In this document: piece after piece, positions 23,201 to 34,882 of the stretch
Position numbering within the stretch: the stretch's first letter is position 1
How the letters are laid out: each line of letters opens with the position of its first letter
From: Epithemia pelagica
Taxonomy: Eukaryota > Protista > Bacillariophyta
Direction: 5' to 3'
NCBI GenBank assembly: GCA_946965045.2
Contig: OX337228.1
Span: forward strand, 1,922,001 to 1,986,000
Length of the DNA: 64,000 nucleotides
Made by a program: the position numbers and the translations under genes
Notes under the pieces: generated by a model
The model's database searches: none
Told to the model about the DNA's origin: nothing
The model's input: the letters and a program-made list of their open reading frames with translations, nothing else

Positions 23201-25459
23201 TCTGTACCAATTGCAGTTCCCCATGAAGCACCAGTTTTAGTGGCGGAGGAAGAAACAAAAAAGAGCAAATCCCAGAATGCCCATCCCAAAGTGGATGCCC
23301 AAACTGGAGTCAATGAATACGATAACACAACAGGACCTAAGAAAGTATCGACAGACCAAATCACTGAGCCCCAGAATGGCGCACTGGACCAAATTAGTTC
23401 AATCCAAACGAAGGATCGTAAGGAGGGTACGCATGACAACAGCAAAACGACGAACGGTATGGCGAAAACGCCAGAACCTGTGAAGAATTCACCAAAAGAG
23501 GTCCTAGAATTTGATGAGTTAAACCAAACCAAGGAACGAACTAGGAAAGTACAAGAAAAACTCGAAGAACTTAATGGGGTAAGAGAAACAAACAATCCTG
23601 TTCACGACTCAAACCAGAAAACTGAAATCGTTGATGCGGCCAAAATTGACCAACCCAAAAAGGACATTAAAGAAGAAAGTCAGATCACAACAAATGAGGC
23701 AACCCCAAAAGCAATCCCCATTATTGTCGAGCAGATACAGAATCATCCGATTGTTTCTAAAACTCACACTACCACTACGGAGACGCGTTCGCTGGACCTC
23801 TCGGCACTGTCACTGTCGACGGACACGCCAAATACTCAAATGGAAGATGAACCATTCACAGACATCACTGTCTACACAGCTACAAGTCGCATCGCTAGAC
23901 ACGCCTTGTCTTACTTGTTGCGCTCCAGCGTGTACCTGGCCCGACCGATCCAAATAACATTGGCGGGGGCAGACGAAACGGCCCTGAAAGCCCTTCAATA
24001 TCGACTATCTGAAACCATGGTCAACCTTTTGGCTATTCATAACCACAGCAATAACAAAAAGAAGAAGAAGAAAGCGTCACAGAGAAACCACAATATTCGT
24101 GCGAAAATGGATCTCTTTGTGATACAGGTAACGTCGGATCGTAAGTATCAATTAGAAACCATGGCCGCACGATCAAAAGTGTTGATCAATTGCGAAGCAG
24201 CCGAAACAGACTTGGTGGCTGTGTGTGCCACCAACGGAACTGATTATGTCGATATCACGCATGATGTGAGTACTTTTTGTGTCAGATCATCATTATCACT
24301 CAAGAAGAGATGCACCGTGCTGACAGTAATTTTTGTTTCATTTAATGTCGTTCACTTGCAGGTAAACTGGGTTAGTCGAATGAGGGAGAAGTACGGCAAA
24401 GCATCCGAAGCGTCCGGTTCGCGCATTATTTCATTTTGTGGCTTTGATTCTGTTCCTAGTGATATGGCTATATGGTCAGCCGTGCAGGCCTTGCGAAAGG
24501 AGGTGGGAAAATCATGCTCGGTGGAACAAGCTTGCACATGGTTCATAAACGCGCCCCGTATGGATAGTCTTCACTGTATGCCGAGTCGTTTGTGGGACTG
24601 CTGGACTGGACCGCCGATATTCGGGTGTATGAAAGACCCTCTGGTTTTGGCACCAGTCCATCTGCGACACGATGCATCCCTGGCTGCGACGAGAAAACGT
24701 CTCGCGTGGGCCGAATGGTGGAATCAAGCAATCCCACTTCAATGTCATTCTATATGGAGGGCAGCATCGGGTCCCTTTTGGTTGGCCGTCGTGAATGCCA
24801 AGGTGGTACACGAATCGGCTCGAGCTCTCTCCTATGGCCCTGATACCTTTGTCTATGCCGAACGGTACCTTCCAATCGGACAAATCGGCAGCTGGCTACG
24901 CATGATTTGGTCCATCATGAGCGTCATTTGTACAAATGTCGTTATCGTCTTTACGATACTGGTGTGGAAAATCCTGGATCCTGTTTTATTGTGGCTTCGT
25001 TTGAAGAAGTCATCTGATCCATTGCCAACTACCAAGAATGCGGACGCCTATGAAAAACATCACAAAGTGGTGGAAATTCACGCTCAAGTTCAAAGTTCTA
25101 GTTTTACTCCAAGAACAAAGAAAAAGAGGCGGACGACTCGTGCTGACAAGAACCAGGTCCCTTCCAAGGCGTCGAATGGCGGTGGCGGAGTCGTACTGCC
25201 GCAGCGGCCGAGCACCAAGGCCTCGTGTTCCATGACATTTACGGGAGATGCTACCTGTTGGATTACGGCCCAGTGTGTCTGTGAAGCGGCATTGTGCTTG
25301 TTGCTGGACGACAAGCGTCTCCCACCCAAGAGCACGGATGGGTTTGGAACACCGGCGCAGTTGTTGGGTGGCTGTCTTTGGACGCGATTGACAACCAATC
25401 CGATTCGCCCAGTCCGGTACAAGATCCAAATCGATGACATGGATGACCTTGAGGACTGA
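17996..25459 (+). CDS. Very large T/P/S-rich protein with eight copies of an unnamed tripartite repeat and a C-terminal saccharopine-dehydrogenase-like (SCCPDH) domain; probable intron 24266-24361
   Basis: Stop-free ORF 17915-25459. The C-terminus has VLINC, GTDYVDIT and ISFCGFDSVPSDM. A GTGAGT...GCAG 96-nt in-frame intron restores YVDITHDVNWV. Confidence 0.8.
18590..22640 (+). repeat. Eight dispersed protein-level repeats: RFx(L/V)(L/F)HxP ... DPxxV ... (W/L)EESGxTRFxLWAAxxxIW
   Basis: Visible in translation near 18600, 19390, 19940, 20440, 20970, 21480, 21950 and 22430. Confidence 0.85.
20198..20227 (+). repeat. (AAC)10 microsatellite encoding poly-Asn
   Basis: Read directly from the sequence. 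Confidence 0.9.
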
Positions 25460-25515
25460 CCATGACAACTGACTGTCCATTGGCTTTACAACTGCAAACA
25501 GACAATCTTAAAAAC

Positions 25516-27420
25516 CTAGTAGCATTTCGTACAGCAACTGAGAGGACACGTGATATTGCCACCCGTAGTAGTGTTACAATCGGCCGTAATCCACCATGGA
25601 TTCCCGGATAGCTCGACCTTGTCACAAATGGATTGTGGCATGTCGCCCGATAACTCTGCATTGTTGTGTAGTTGCAAGCTGTTGAATCGAATGCCGTTAC
25701 CCAGGGCAACCGGAATGGTCCCATTCAACTGATTGTCGTTCAAATGTGACGTAAGAATAAGGTCCAGGTTCCCGAGCTCCTGTGGAATGGTTCCAGTAAG
25801 ACCACAGTCGGACAATTGCAACTGTTTCATTCGGGGAAAGAAGCCGAAACTCGGAGGAATTGGTCCACCCAACTTTCGGTTGCCATCTAGCTTCAAAATG
25901 CTTAATTGGGGAGCATGAATCAAATACTCATTGTTGTTGTTTGTTTCTTGTGTTGGCACTGGCGAAAAGGCCAATGTTAACCCTCCCGTCAAGTCATTGG
26001 AGGTTCAGGCTGTTCATGCTCTTGAGAGCGCTCATATTTTGTGGCAAGGGGCCATGGAGTGCATTATTGTTCCACAACAACATGCGAATGTGCCTCATGA
26101 ATGTGATTTGTGAGGGCACGGGTCCCGTAAAATTACAGTACGACATTTCCCAATAGTTCAAACTGGTCAAGAGACCTCCCACAATGGTTGGTATGGTACC
26201 ACCAAGATTGTGGTTGTGGTCGAGTCGAAGCGTTCGCAACAGTGTGGGATAGTCGGAAGAATTACTACTGTCGAGAAAGGTATCCAGCCCTCCCGTCAAG
26301 TGTGCGTTGCGCAAGTCGAGCGTGGTCAATTGAGGCATATCCTCCAGTTTCATGCGTAACTCGGACTCAAACGGAATATCGCTGAGTCCCAAGTGATGGA
26401 GGTTGGGAAAGGTGGGAAGAATGTCAAAGAGCAATTCCGCATTCCTCAGTCTGTCAAGTCCGTCGAGCAATAACTTGGAAAGGTTTGGGGACCACGATTG
26501 GAAAATTTCCACCGCATTGGCGTCCAGTGGACCGGAACGATTGGTATAGGAGAGATCCAAATGTTCCAAGTTGGTCAAGGCAGCAAATTGGGTAGGAATG
26601 CCCCCATCATACACCAATCCTGCGTTTTGGGAAAGATCCAAATGCGTGAGTTTGGTCAATTGTCCCAAAAATTCTACATGGGACGGTCCCTGGTTCCAAA
26701 ACATGTTCCCTGCCAACGAAAGCCTGGTCAAGGAATCGTGCAAGAGAATGAGTTCGAGGGGAAGACTTCCCGTGAGCGTGATTCCCTTGGCAGTGACACC
26801 GCGTCCCGGCAAGACCGTATTTGTGAAACCGAGAATCCCGGGCAGGATATTCCGAGCATCGAATTCCACCCCAATGACACTCATTGTCCGAGGAGGCTTT
26901 ATCCGCCCATTGTCGGTTCCATTCCACAACAACAACGACATGAGCATCTTGTTGTCCGGCTGGTTCTGTTCCGTTGCTGGTTTGTTGTGTTTGATTGAGA
27001 TAAAATGGTGTCGCCACACCATTGGTGGCATGATACAGACAGGCCAAGGCATATCGTTGCACAATGCGCCATTCTTCCATGGTATCCACTGATGTTTGTT
27101 CCACAAACCGGAGTGCCCGGATCCAGTACAAGGATTCCAACGCATTGTCTACCAGGGCCTCTTGTTCCAGTTGTTGCTTGTCCAATGTGAATACATGGGC
27201 ATACTTGGTGCGCAACAAGACTTCAATTTCCGATTGGTACCGCGTCGGACAGATCGAAGGTGTGACGGAACGCGAGGGTGCGACCGAGGGAGTCGTCGTC
27301 GAGGATGGACTCCCCGATGGTCTCATGGTGGGATGATAACCTGTCATGATCCTAACAGAAGGAGCCACGGAAGACGACGAGAACGAGGAGGCTGTTGGTA
27401 TGGTTGGGTCGGACGACGAC
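25516..27420 (-). pseudogene. LRR single-pass membrane protein, 3' part (S/T linker, QRYAL domain, LRRs), with frameshifts near 26790 and 25995
   Basis: QRYALACLYHATNG, ECHWGGIRC, LTGSLP, LxxLxLxxNxLxGxIP repeats and the ending CPLSCCTKCY. Joins the 5' part in frame across the TSD (DNSAVSS|SSDPTIPT). Confidence 0.85.
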
Positions 27421-28186
27421 TAGTAGAATTCCGTCAGTACACGCTCTAGAAGAGCCACAATCGATTACCAACTGATACCAAGGTTCTCCACGGGTCAGAG
27501 AACAAAGGAAACCCAAGGGTTCTATCGTAGGGATAGTCAGGACACTGAAGACGTGATGATATGGTAATGTTAATGATTGTGAGCTTACTACTAGGTTTGG
27601 TGTGTGAGATTTCCATTCTTGTTGTCAATCGTGTGAAATAGGTTCTTGGCGGTGATAGGTCTGGAATGGTTGGAGTTGATGTATGTGAGGTATATAACAT
27701 GTATATGTGCTTGTATATCATATACAGCCTCAACGATTCTTGGCTAAAGTTGGTATATGTAGTTTTGTTGGCGCGTCCTTGTTTGCAATCTTGAAATAGT
27801 GGGAACGATGATATGGTCTCGCGTGATCGTGATTCGTGCCTTGTGTACTTAGACCGTTGGGTCGGATACATGATCGCCACGCTCGGATAGTTCTTGCGCG
27901 CATCTTGACGAATTTGGGCGCGCACGCTTAGGGCATAGGTCAGGCTCGGATGTTCAACGGATGATCATCCGTTGATGGGATATCAAGACCAAAGTTGATT
28001 CTTGATAGCACGTTCGTCAATCTGTTCTCACTTTTTGGTATATGCGACCGAAATATAGGTTGAGCTAGCGCGAAGCTAGGTATGTAGTGTGGATGTAGGT
28101 GATGTAGGTGATGTTTGAAGCCACGGGACTCGACTAACCGATGAGGTGCCGAACCTAACCGATTATTTTTGGTGAGAGTTCTACTA
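27421..28186 (-). repeat. 3' LTR of family-1 copy B
   Basis: Matches 34883-35648 and the reverse complement of 1936-2701. Confidence 0.97.
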
Positions 28187-31100
28187 CTCCCCACAGCTCG
28201 TTGGTTCAGCCTTGTCATTGCTGGATTCGTAGAGATCTTGAACTTCTCCTCTCCAAAACAATAGGGGCTTGAGTAGAGGCCAAATAGTTGCAAATTCCCA
28301 ATGCTTGCTGAGGATGTCGGCAGGGTTGGTCTTCCCATCCTTCCAATAGAATGCAACGTATTGCGCTGCTATCGCTTCTCGTACCCGGTGATATGAAAGG
28401 AGATGATGTCTCTTGGACAAGATAGAATGAGGCATTGTTGCGTTAACAACCACAGATCGATTGTCTCCAAACAGGTAACTGCGATCCCTGATTGGTACTC
28501 CAAGGTAACAAAGTGAATGCCATAATTCAGTGATTTGGTCGACTGCTGTCCTTGCTGCCACAAATTCTGATCCATATGTTGCTGTTTCCACAGTGCTCTA
28601 TCGTTTGCTGTACCAATCAATTGGTGTCCCATTCAAGAGATGCAGGATGGCTGTTACAGACTTTCCTGTGATCATGTCGTGCATAAGGTTAGCATCAACA
28701 TAGTGCGTTGTCGTCACATATCGTCCAAGTGGTTCTGGGCAATCATGAGGGATGTATTCCTTGGCATCTGAATAGACCGTACGACTCCAATCAAAGTCTT
28801 GACTTGGAATGCTTGAGAAATCGGGCTCTCTGATTCGAAATCTGATTGCACCATCAGAAAGATTGAAAAGGTATCCATAGATGCGTTTAGCTCTGTTGAG
28901 ATGTCCCTGTCTTGGAGCTGCGCGGAACCTGGAAAGGGTCATCGTAGCAGTAAAAACATCAAAGCAACCAATTGTAATCACCCACTGAAGCTGTCCAATC
29001 AAGGTCTGGAAGTGCTGTGTACCTTCTTCATCAAGGAGTTCGGTGTCGTCCAATTCCGGGTGATCACCAGCAATGAGAGGGGTTTTAGCCTTCTTGGGTT
29101 TCTCTTTGAAGATACGTTCGAAGGTGTCCATCATTTTGCTAATGTATCGGCGTGGATCAGAGACTAGGGTTCCGTCAGGGTCCTTGGTGTACCGGCATCC
29201 CAGGTGATAGTCAATAGGTCCATCTCCCTTAAGCTTGAAGTTGTACTTTTCCTTGAAGACTTTGCAAATGTTTCCAGGGTCAGTAGCTATGATGGCTAAG
29301 TCATCCACATATACGGCAATGTATTCGTAGCAATCCTCCCCAGGTGCTTTTCTCATCCAAATGTCAGGATCTGCCTTGCTTGGTGAGAAACCCATATCGG
29401 TGAGGACGTCAAAAAGGACATCATGCCATCGTGCGCCTGAAGATTTGAGACCATAGAGGGCCTTGTAGATGATGAGGATGTGACCTTCTAGCTCCTTGAA
29501 CTCGGGTCCTGCCACAATATATAACTTCTCCCCAGTCAATGCTTCAAGATACGCATTCCCAATGTCTGCTCCCCATACTTCTAGATCGTTCAGAGATCCA
29601 AGGAATAAAGCAATTCGTAGGTTGCGAATAGAAACAACTCCAGAGTAGATCGTTTCCACAGGTTCCTTCGTCAAGTGTCCATCTGCAACAAGTCGTGCCT
29701 TGTGCCTACCATCATGTTTCACATCAAAAACGAGATGCACTCAAATCTTTTGATATCCCTCAGGTGCATTTGATACCTTGCCATTTGTGAAGATGGCCTT
29801 CCCATGGTCCTTGAATGTCTCATATGATTGTATCTGAGACAGTTCCAATTCAGTTGCGTCTTGCCACCTTGTGGTACCATTTTGTTTGTCAAGATTGACA
29901 GCCTCGGCGTAATCTCGAGGGACTTGGAATCCAAACTTATACTTGACTGATCGACGTACTTGTTTGATCCTTGATTGTTTTGCAGCACGTATCAGGCGTT
30001 TACTCGTCTTGACGTAGCGTTTCAGGTGTTTCCATCCTGGTTCGTTGAGGAGCCCATGCTTCTTTCCATATATGGCAACGGTGATTGGGTTGTCGTTGGC
30101 AATAAGGGAGAGTGGTTCATAGGTTGTCTCCCCAGTTTCCCAATCCACAAGCAAGTTATACTTACTCCCCTTATAATCCGGGTCGGTTAAAGACAGTGGG
30201 CCTTGATGTGCAATAACATCCCTGAAACGGAACAAATTATCTCCCGAGGTCTGCGCTTGATTGTCCCTCTCAATATACTCCATCAACTGGTTATAAGAGA
30301 TCATTTCATCAACGTCAGAATTTGTCTTGCAGTAGATGTACTTGATGCGTTCTTCTTGCTTGAGTGATTCTTCATTAAGATCTACAACTCGTTTGACAAC
30401 GCGTGCTCGATGACGCTCCCCATTTTCTTCAGTGTCGCATAGGAAAGTGCATCCTATCATGTCTTCGTAATCGATTGTAGGCATTGGTTTGGATGGATCT
30501 TCACTTTTACTGCAAATGAAGACAGTGTCAGCCTGCTTATCAGTGTCATCTTTTGGAGACGTCTCCCCTGAAGGTCGATCCACACGAAGGTTGGGTGTAG
30601 TGGAAGCGACACGGCGAACAGCGGAACGGTAGAGGATATGGTTGTCAGCAGACAAAATCTTCCATGTAAAAGCATCACCAACGTTGTGAGCAAAACCAAC
30701 CCAATGGCCAAGTTTCTCATCGGTCGAAGAAGGGTAGGGACCAGACGACGGTTCGGAGGGGTCAACACGATAGTAGACTTCATCCCAGAAGGGAAAGAAC
30801 AGGAGGTGCGAAATGTCGGGAGGGTGACCGGTGAGAGCCTCAATAGGAGTACGTCCAGAGTGTGCATGTGAAGAAGAATGATTCAATAAGTCACAGACAT
30901 ATTCAAGGCAAAGTAACCAAACATTGGCCGGGCATCCAGTTGCATTCATGATAGCGTTCGTCATTTGTTTAACGGTCTGATAACGATTCTCGGCTTTGTT
31001 CTGATGCTGGTGGTATGGTTCAGAGCGATACTCCCCGATGAGCAAGGTGCGAAGGATATCCTTAACCTTATGGGAAATGAGAGATGAACCCCCATCACTA

Positions 31101-33850
31101 ATGAGTGTCTCCATAACACCTCGCATGCGTATATTGTCTTGAAGAGTGTTCACAAATTGCTTGGTAGACTTGATACCGTAAATATCAGTGACAAGAGTAT
31201 CGCGGCCAACAAAAATTTGAGCCACCTTTCCACCATGATCAACAGCAGGTGTATCAGAAAAGATCGAATCGGTAGCAACGGGTTCATGACGACGTGGTAG
31301 ATTCAGGATAGGGTTGCGTGCCTTGAAATGTTTCTTGAGAGTGTCACAGTCAAAAATCACATTAGCATGTCGTGTAGTATGCTTGAAAGTATCGGCAATA
31401 ACTTCCTCGGATTGCCAACCAAAGAAGGGACGAAATTGTTTCCAATCATGTTCTTCCACATAAGGACGATGGACAGATGCATGTTGAAGGGTTGGGTCTT
31501 CACCATTAGCATCAGCATAGATAGAGAAATATGTGGTGTTGTCGGGTCCGTGGTCATAAGGAAGGTCAAGGAGAAGATTGAGATTGCAGACAACACGATC
31601 AGTGTACTCCCCATACGTGTCATATGGATAACGTGCCATACTGCCGTCGGTCGCAACCTGATGCCATGTAGTAGAAGCATCATGCTGTGGATCTGAATGA
31701 GTATGGTCAAGAACAGAGGGGTCCCAAGTAGATGGCGAAGTAAAGATGATTTGCGGCAATCGGTCCATGTCATCATCAGAAGGGATACCTAATGAGTGGA
31801 TAAAGGCAAGTCCATCCTTGATACACAGAGGTAAAGCACGTCCATCAAGGGTAGTGATACGTTGCTTTCCATCCACCTTGACAGAACGTTCATCCACAGA
31901 TAGCCCATAATGTTCCAATTGACAAGGCGCATGTATAGACTGTCCTTTTCCATAGTATGCATATTCGTTGAAGATACCAACGATTGGTCCATCATTAGTT
32001 TCAAACTTGGCAGCACAAGTGACAATGGGGAGACCAGTAAGTTCATGGTTGTCGATTCACACAATCGTGATGTTACGACCTGTCTTGGAAAGGATACGCA
32101 TATCAGCTCCGGCTAAACCACCATTGGCACCACGATCAATGAGTTGATTCCCAGTATAAGTCGACTTTCGAGAGAACATATATTGAGTCATGTGGACCTT
32201 CTGCTTGTGCTCATTCTGTTTGAAACTAACTTTCTTACTCGTCTTAGATGCGGCATTGGATAGAACATTAGACAAATCAGAAGCTGGGTGATTGAGGTCG
32301 GTTGACGTCATTGCTTGATGGATGAGATGGGTGGCTGGATCGGAATCATCCTGCGGATATGTGGGGTTGTCCAGGTCATCGAAATCATCTTGACCAGGGT
32401 CAGGATCAGGTTCAGGATCAATGTCAAGGGAGTGTTGCTGTACTTTTCTTGGACTCGGAGTAGAAGCTTGCACGTTCTTGTTATACTCAACAATCATCTT
32501 GCGAGCATCCTCAGGAAGTTTAAACCATAGGTCACGAGGAAGACTGGCTTTTGGAGATGCCGTGTTATCATCTTGGACATTGGTATTGTTTATCTGATAT
32601 GCATCTTCTTCCTGAAGGGATCCCTCAATATCATGTTGTGTTTCGTGTTGCTCGTGTTGCTTGACACTACGACGACGACCAGTTGCAGAAGATTGCGTGA
32701 CTTGATCATGGTCATATGCTGCGTCCATCAAAATGGAGAAGTACGACTGATAACATAAAGACTTTGCTCCAGACTTCGTGTTGACGACGTTGTCCAAGAT
32801 TTTAACTCTGCGAAGGTCAGGTACCTTCTCGACAGCTTGCATAAGAAACGTCATCCTGGTGTGATCAGGTATGCGATCAGAGAGATCAACAAGGTTATCG
32901 AGTAAACGTAGTTTGTCTTGGAAATGAAGCAAAAATTGACGTGATGATCCACGCCATGTATCATCGAGGCGAAGGTTGGAGATGTAATTGGTTAATCGTA
33001 AGACCTCTTGTTTCGCTAAGTCTGACTTCGTATGCAATGTGTGAAGCTTCTGTAACACTGCTCGTGCGTCTTCATCATGTTCATGTTCGCGAACATAAGC
33101 TCTTCCTTGATCAGTCTGGATGATGCGCACAAGGACGGAGTATAGGAAGATTTGTTGCTCTTGGAAAAGTTCTGTTGCATACGTATCATTCGTCGGCGGC
33201 TTGTATCGGAAGTCAAGAACATTAGATAAACCTTGGGCTTTTGCTGTGGTCTTGAAAGTCCTCCAGAACGTGTCGTAGTATCGTTTATCCTTGAATGTTT
33301 CATATGCCATAGCGTCACGCTTGGTTCCCTTCTTGAATGCGGTTAGGTCCAGTTGGGACTGTGATGCAGCAGAAGTAGTACTAAACGATTTGGGTGACGT
33401 CGAATGGGATGGAGATTTCATAGGTGATACTGGGTCATTGATAGGGCTTCCAGAGCGAAAGTCAGTGTTTATCCTCCATAGATCAAATTCTGCCTTGGTC
33501 AGATTCATCCAGGTTGCCTTGGAAGGTATACCCTGAATGTCGATACTCGTTTGTCGGAACCAATGGGCAAGCAACTTGATCTGCTGGCTTGTATTGACAT
33601 GTAGGTCGTGCATTTGTTTTCCTGACTTGTATTTTGTCATACTATCCATGTTCTTCTCAGGGTCAATTGCCATATGTTCAATGATACTAAGGATATCATC
33701 AAAAGCATGATGGTGCATCCATTTCACGAGTACATCGACCCTTTTCTTGGAAAAGTTGAACAACACCTGAGTAATATGATCAAAGACTTCTTGATCAGAT
33801 ATACTTTGATTGGTGTTGAACTCTGGTGTGGTCGGTGTAGTTGGTTCCAT
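28184..33850 (-). pseudogene. Family-1 gag-pol, one frame (~1,890 codons) with three nonsense codons (32057, 29741, 28598)
   Basis: ORFs 32057-33850, 29741-31918, 28598-29740 and 28184-28591 share one frame. Gag AKAQGLSNVLD, protease LIDRGANGG, IN VATDSIFSD / ISDGG / NKAENRY, RT VYVDDL, RNase H. Confidence 0.92.
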
Positions 33851-33927
33851 GATTGCTTGACTTGGTGATAAGATATGTTGATATGTGTCCTGTGATGTCT
33901 TAGTCGAAAACTTTACTTATAACTTGT

Positions 33928-34014
33928 AACCCGGATGTGTGGTGTGCCTTGTGAACCCGGATGTGCCACGTATGTCCACGTGTGATGTGATGTCCGAAAG
34001 GTAACCCGGATGTG
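33928..34014. repeat. Three copies of AACCCGGATGTG in the spacer between ORF0 and gag
   Basis: Exact copies at 33928, 33954 and 34003. Confidence 0.85.
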
Positions 34015-34063
34015 CGGAACTCGGTTTTGTCTCTGGTTTGGTGTGAAAACTACTTAAAATTAC

Positions 34064-34843
34064 TTAAACGTGGTCACTTCTGGGCTCGTTGTGGTAATCA
34101 AGTTGAATCGGAGACTCAGTAACAGAGGTAGCTTCTTCGTTGCCGTTGTGGTCCTCAACTAGGTGGTTCACTGGTTGGGTGAGTAGAGGGAAGATAGTGG
34201 CACGGAAGTCCTGGTGCAACTTGATAACGTGGATGAAACCAACGTAGTCGTCGAGACGGGTAGTCAAGGTAGGAAGAGGTTGGTTAGTCTTGTTCACGAC
34301 CCAAATGGTGTGGAAGTAATTGACCGGACGCTGGAAAGTAAGGAAGCGTACCCGAAGGCAGCCTGATGGGGTGGTCGATAGGGTCGTCGCTATGTATCGG
34401 TAGCTTGGAGATTGGTATAGCAAGTCTAGGAGTCGTTGGATATCCTCTAGGTCGACGACGGGTTGGATGGACTCGAACGAGACCTCGTCTTCGAGCGTCG
34501 AACGGATGTGGTCCGGGTCGCTCTGATACTCGGATGGCTCGCGGAAGTAACGGAGGTGCGCGTTGATGAGACGGCTCGTACGTCGGGTGCGAGTTGGGTT
34601 CGGGCGAGGAGGTGTACTCGGTCGGCGTGCAAGGGTGTTCGGCGGGCGATTCAGGTCGGACGGCAGAGGGACGACTTGATCGGGAGTCTGGAACGGATTA
34701 GGCGCGCTAGCCTTCTCCGGGGAGTTAGAGGGCGTCTCGATGAGGAATTCGCCAGGGTGGACGGCAATCTGCTGTGTTGGGTCACCACTCTGCTGGAAAG
34801 CGTTGTAGATCCGACGGACAGGAGTATTGGAGTCACTGGACAT
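34064..34843 (-). CDS. Extra 259-aa ORF (ORF0) between the 5' LTR and gag of family 1; unknown function
   Basis: ATG 40 nt inside the LTR boundary; stop-free; Pro-rich N-half and an apparently folded C-half. Confidence 0.6.
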   Translation of the reverse strand: MSSDSNTPVRRIYNAFQQSGDPTQQIAVHPGEFLIETPSNSPEKASAPNPFQTPDQVVPLPSDLNRPPNTLARRPSTPPRPNPTRTRRTSRLINAHLRYFREPSEYQSDPDHIRSTLEDEVSFESIQPVVDLEDIQRLLDLLYQSPSYRYIATTLSTTPSGCLRVRFLTFQRPVNYFHTIWVVNKTNQPLPTLTTRLDDYVGFIHVIKLHQDFRATIFPLLTQPVNHLVEDHNGNEEATSVTESPIQLDYHNEPRSDHV

Positions 34844-34867
34844 GAAAACTTCGGGGAAATGAGACAG

Positions 34868-34882
34868 GTGAGACTGTTAATC
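34868..34882 (-). other. Putative PBS of family 1, complementary to the anticodon arm of tRNA-Asn(GUU)
   Basis: The plus strand reads G-TGAGA-CTGTTAA-TC directly against the LTR end, i.e. a 5-nt stem, the 7-nt Asn loop CUGUUAA and tRNA positions 39-40. Confidence 0.7.
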
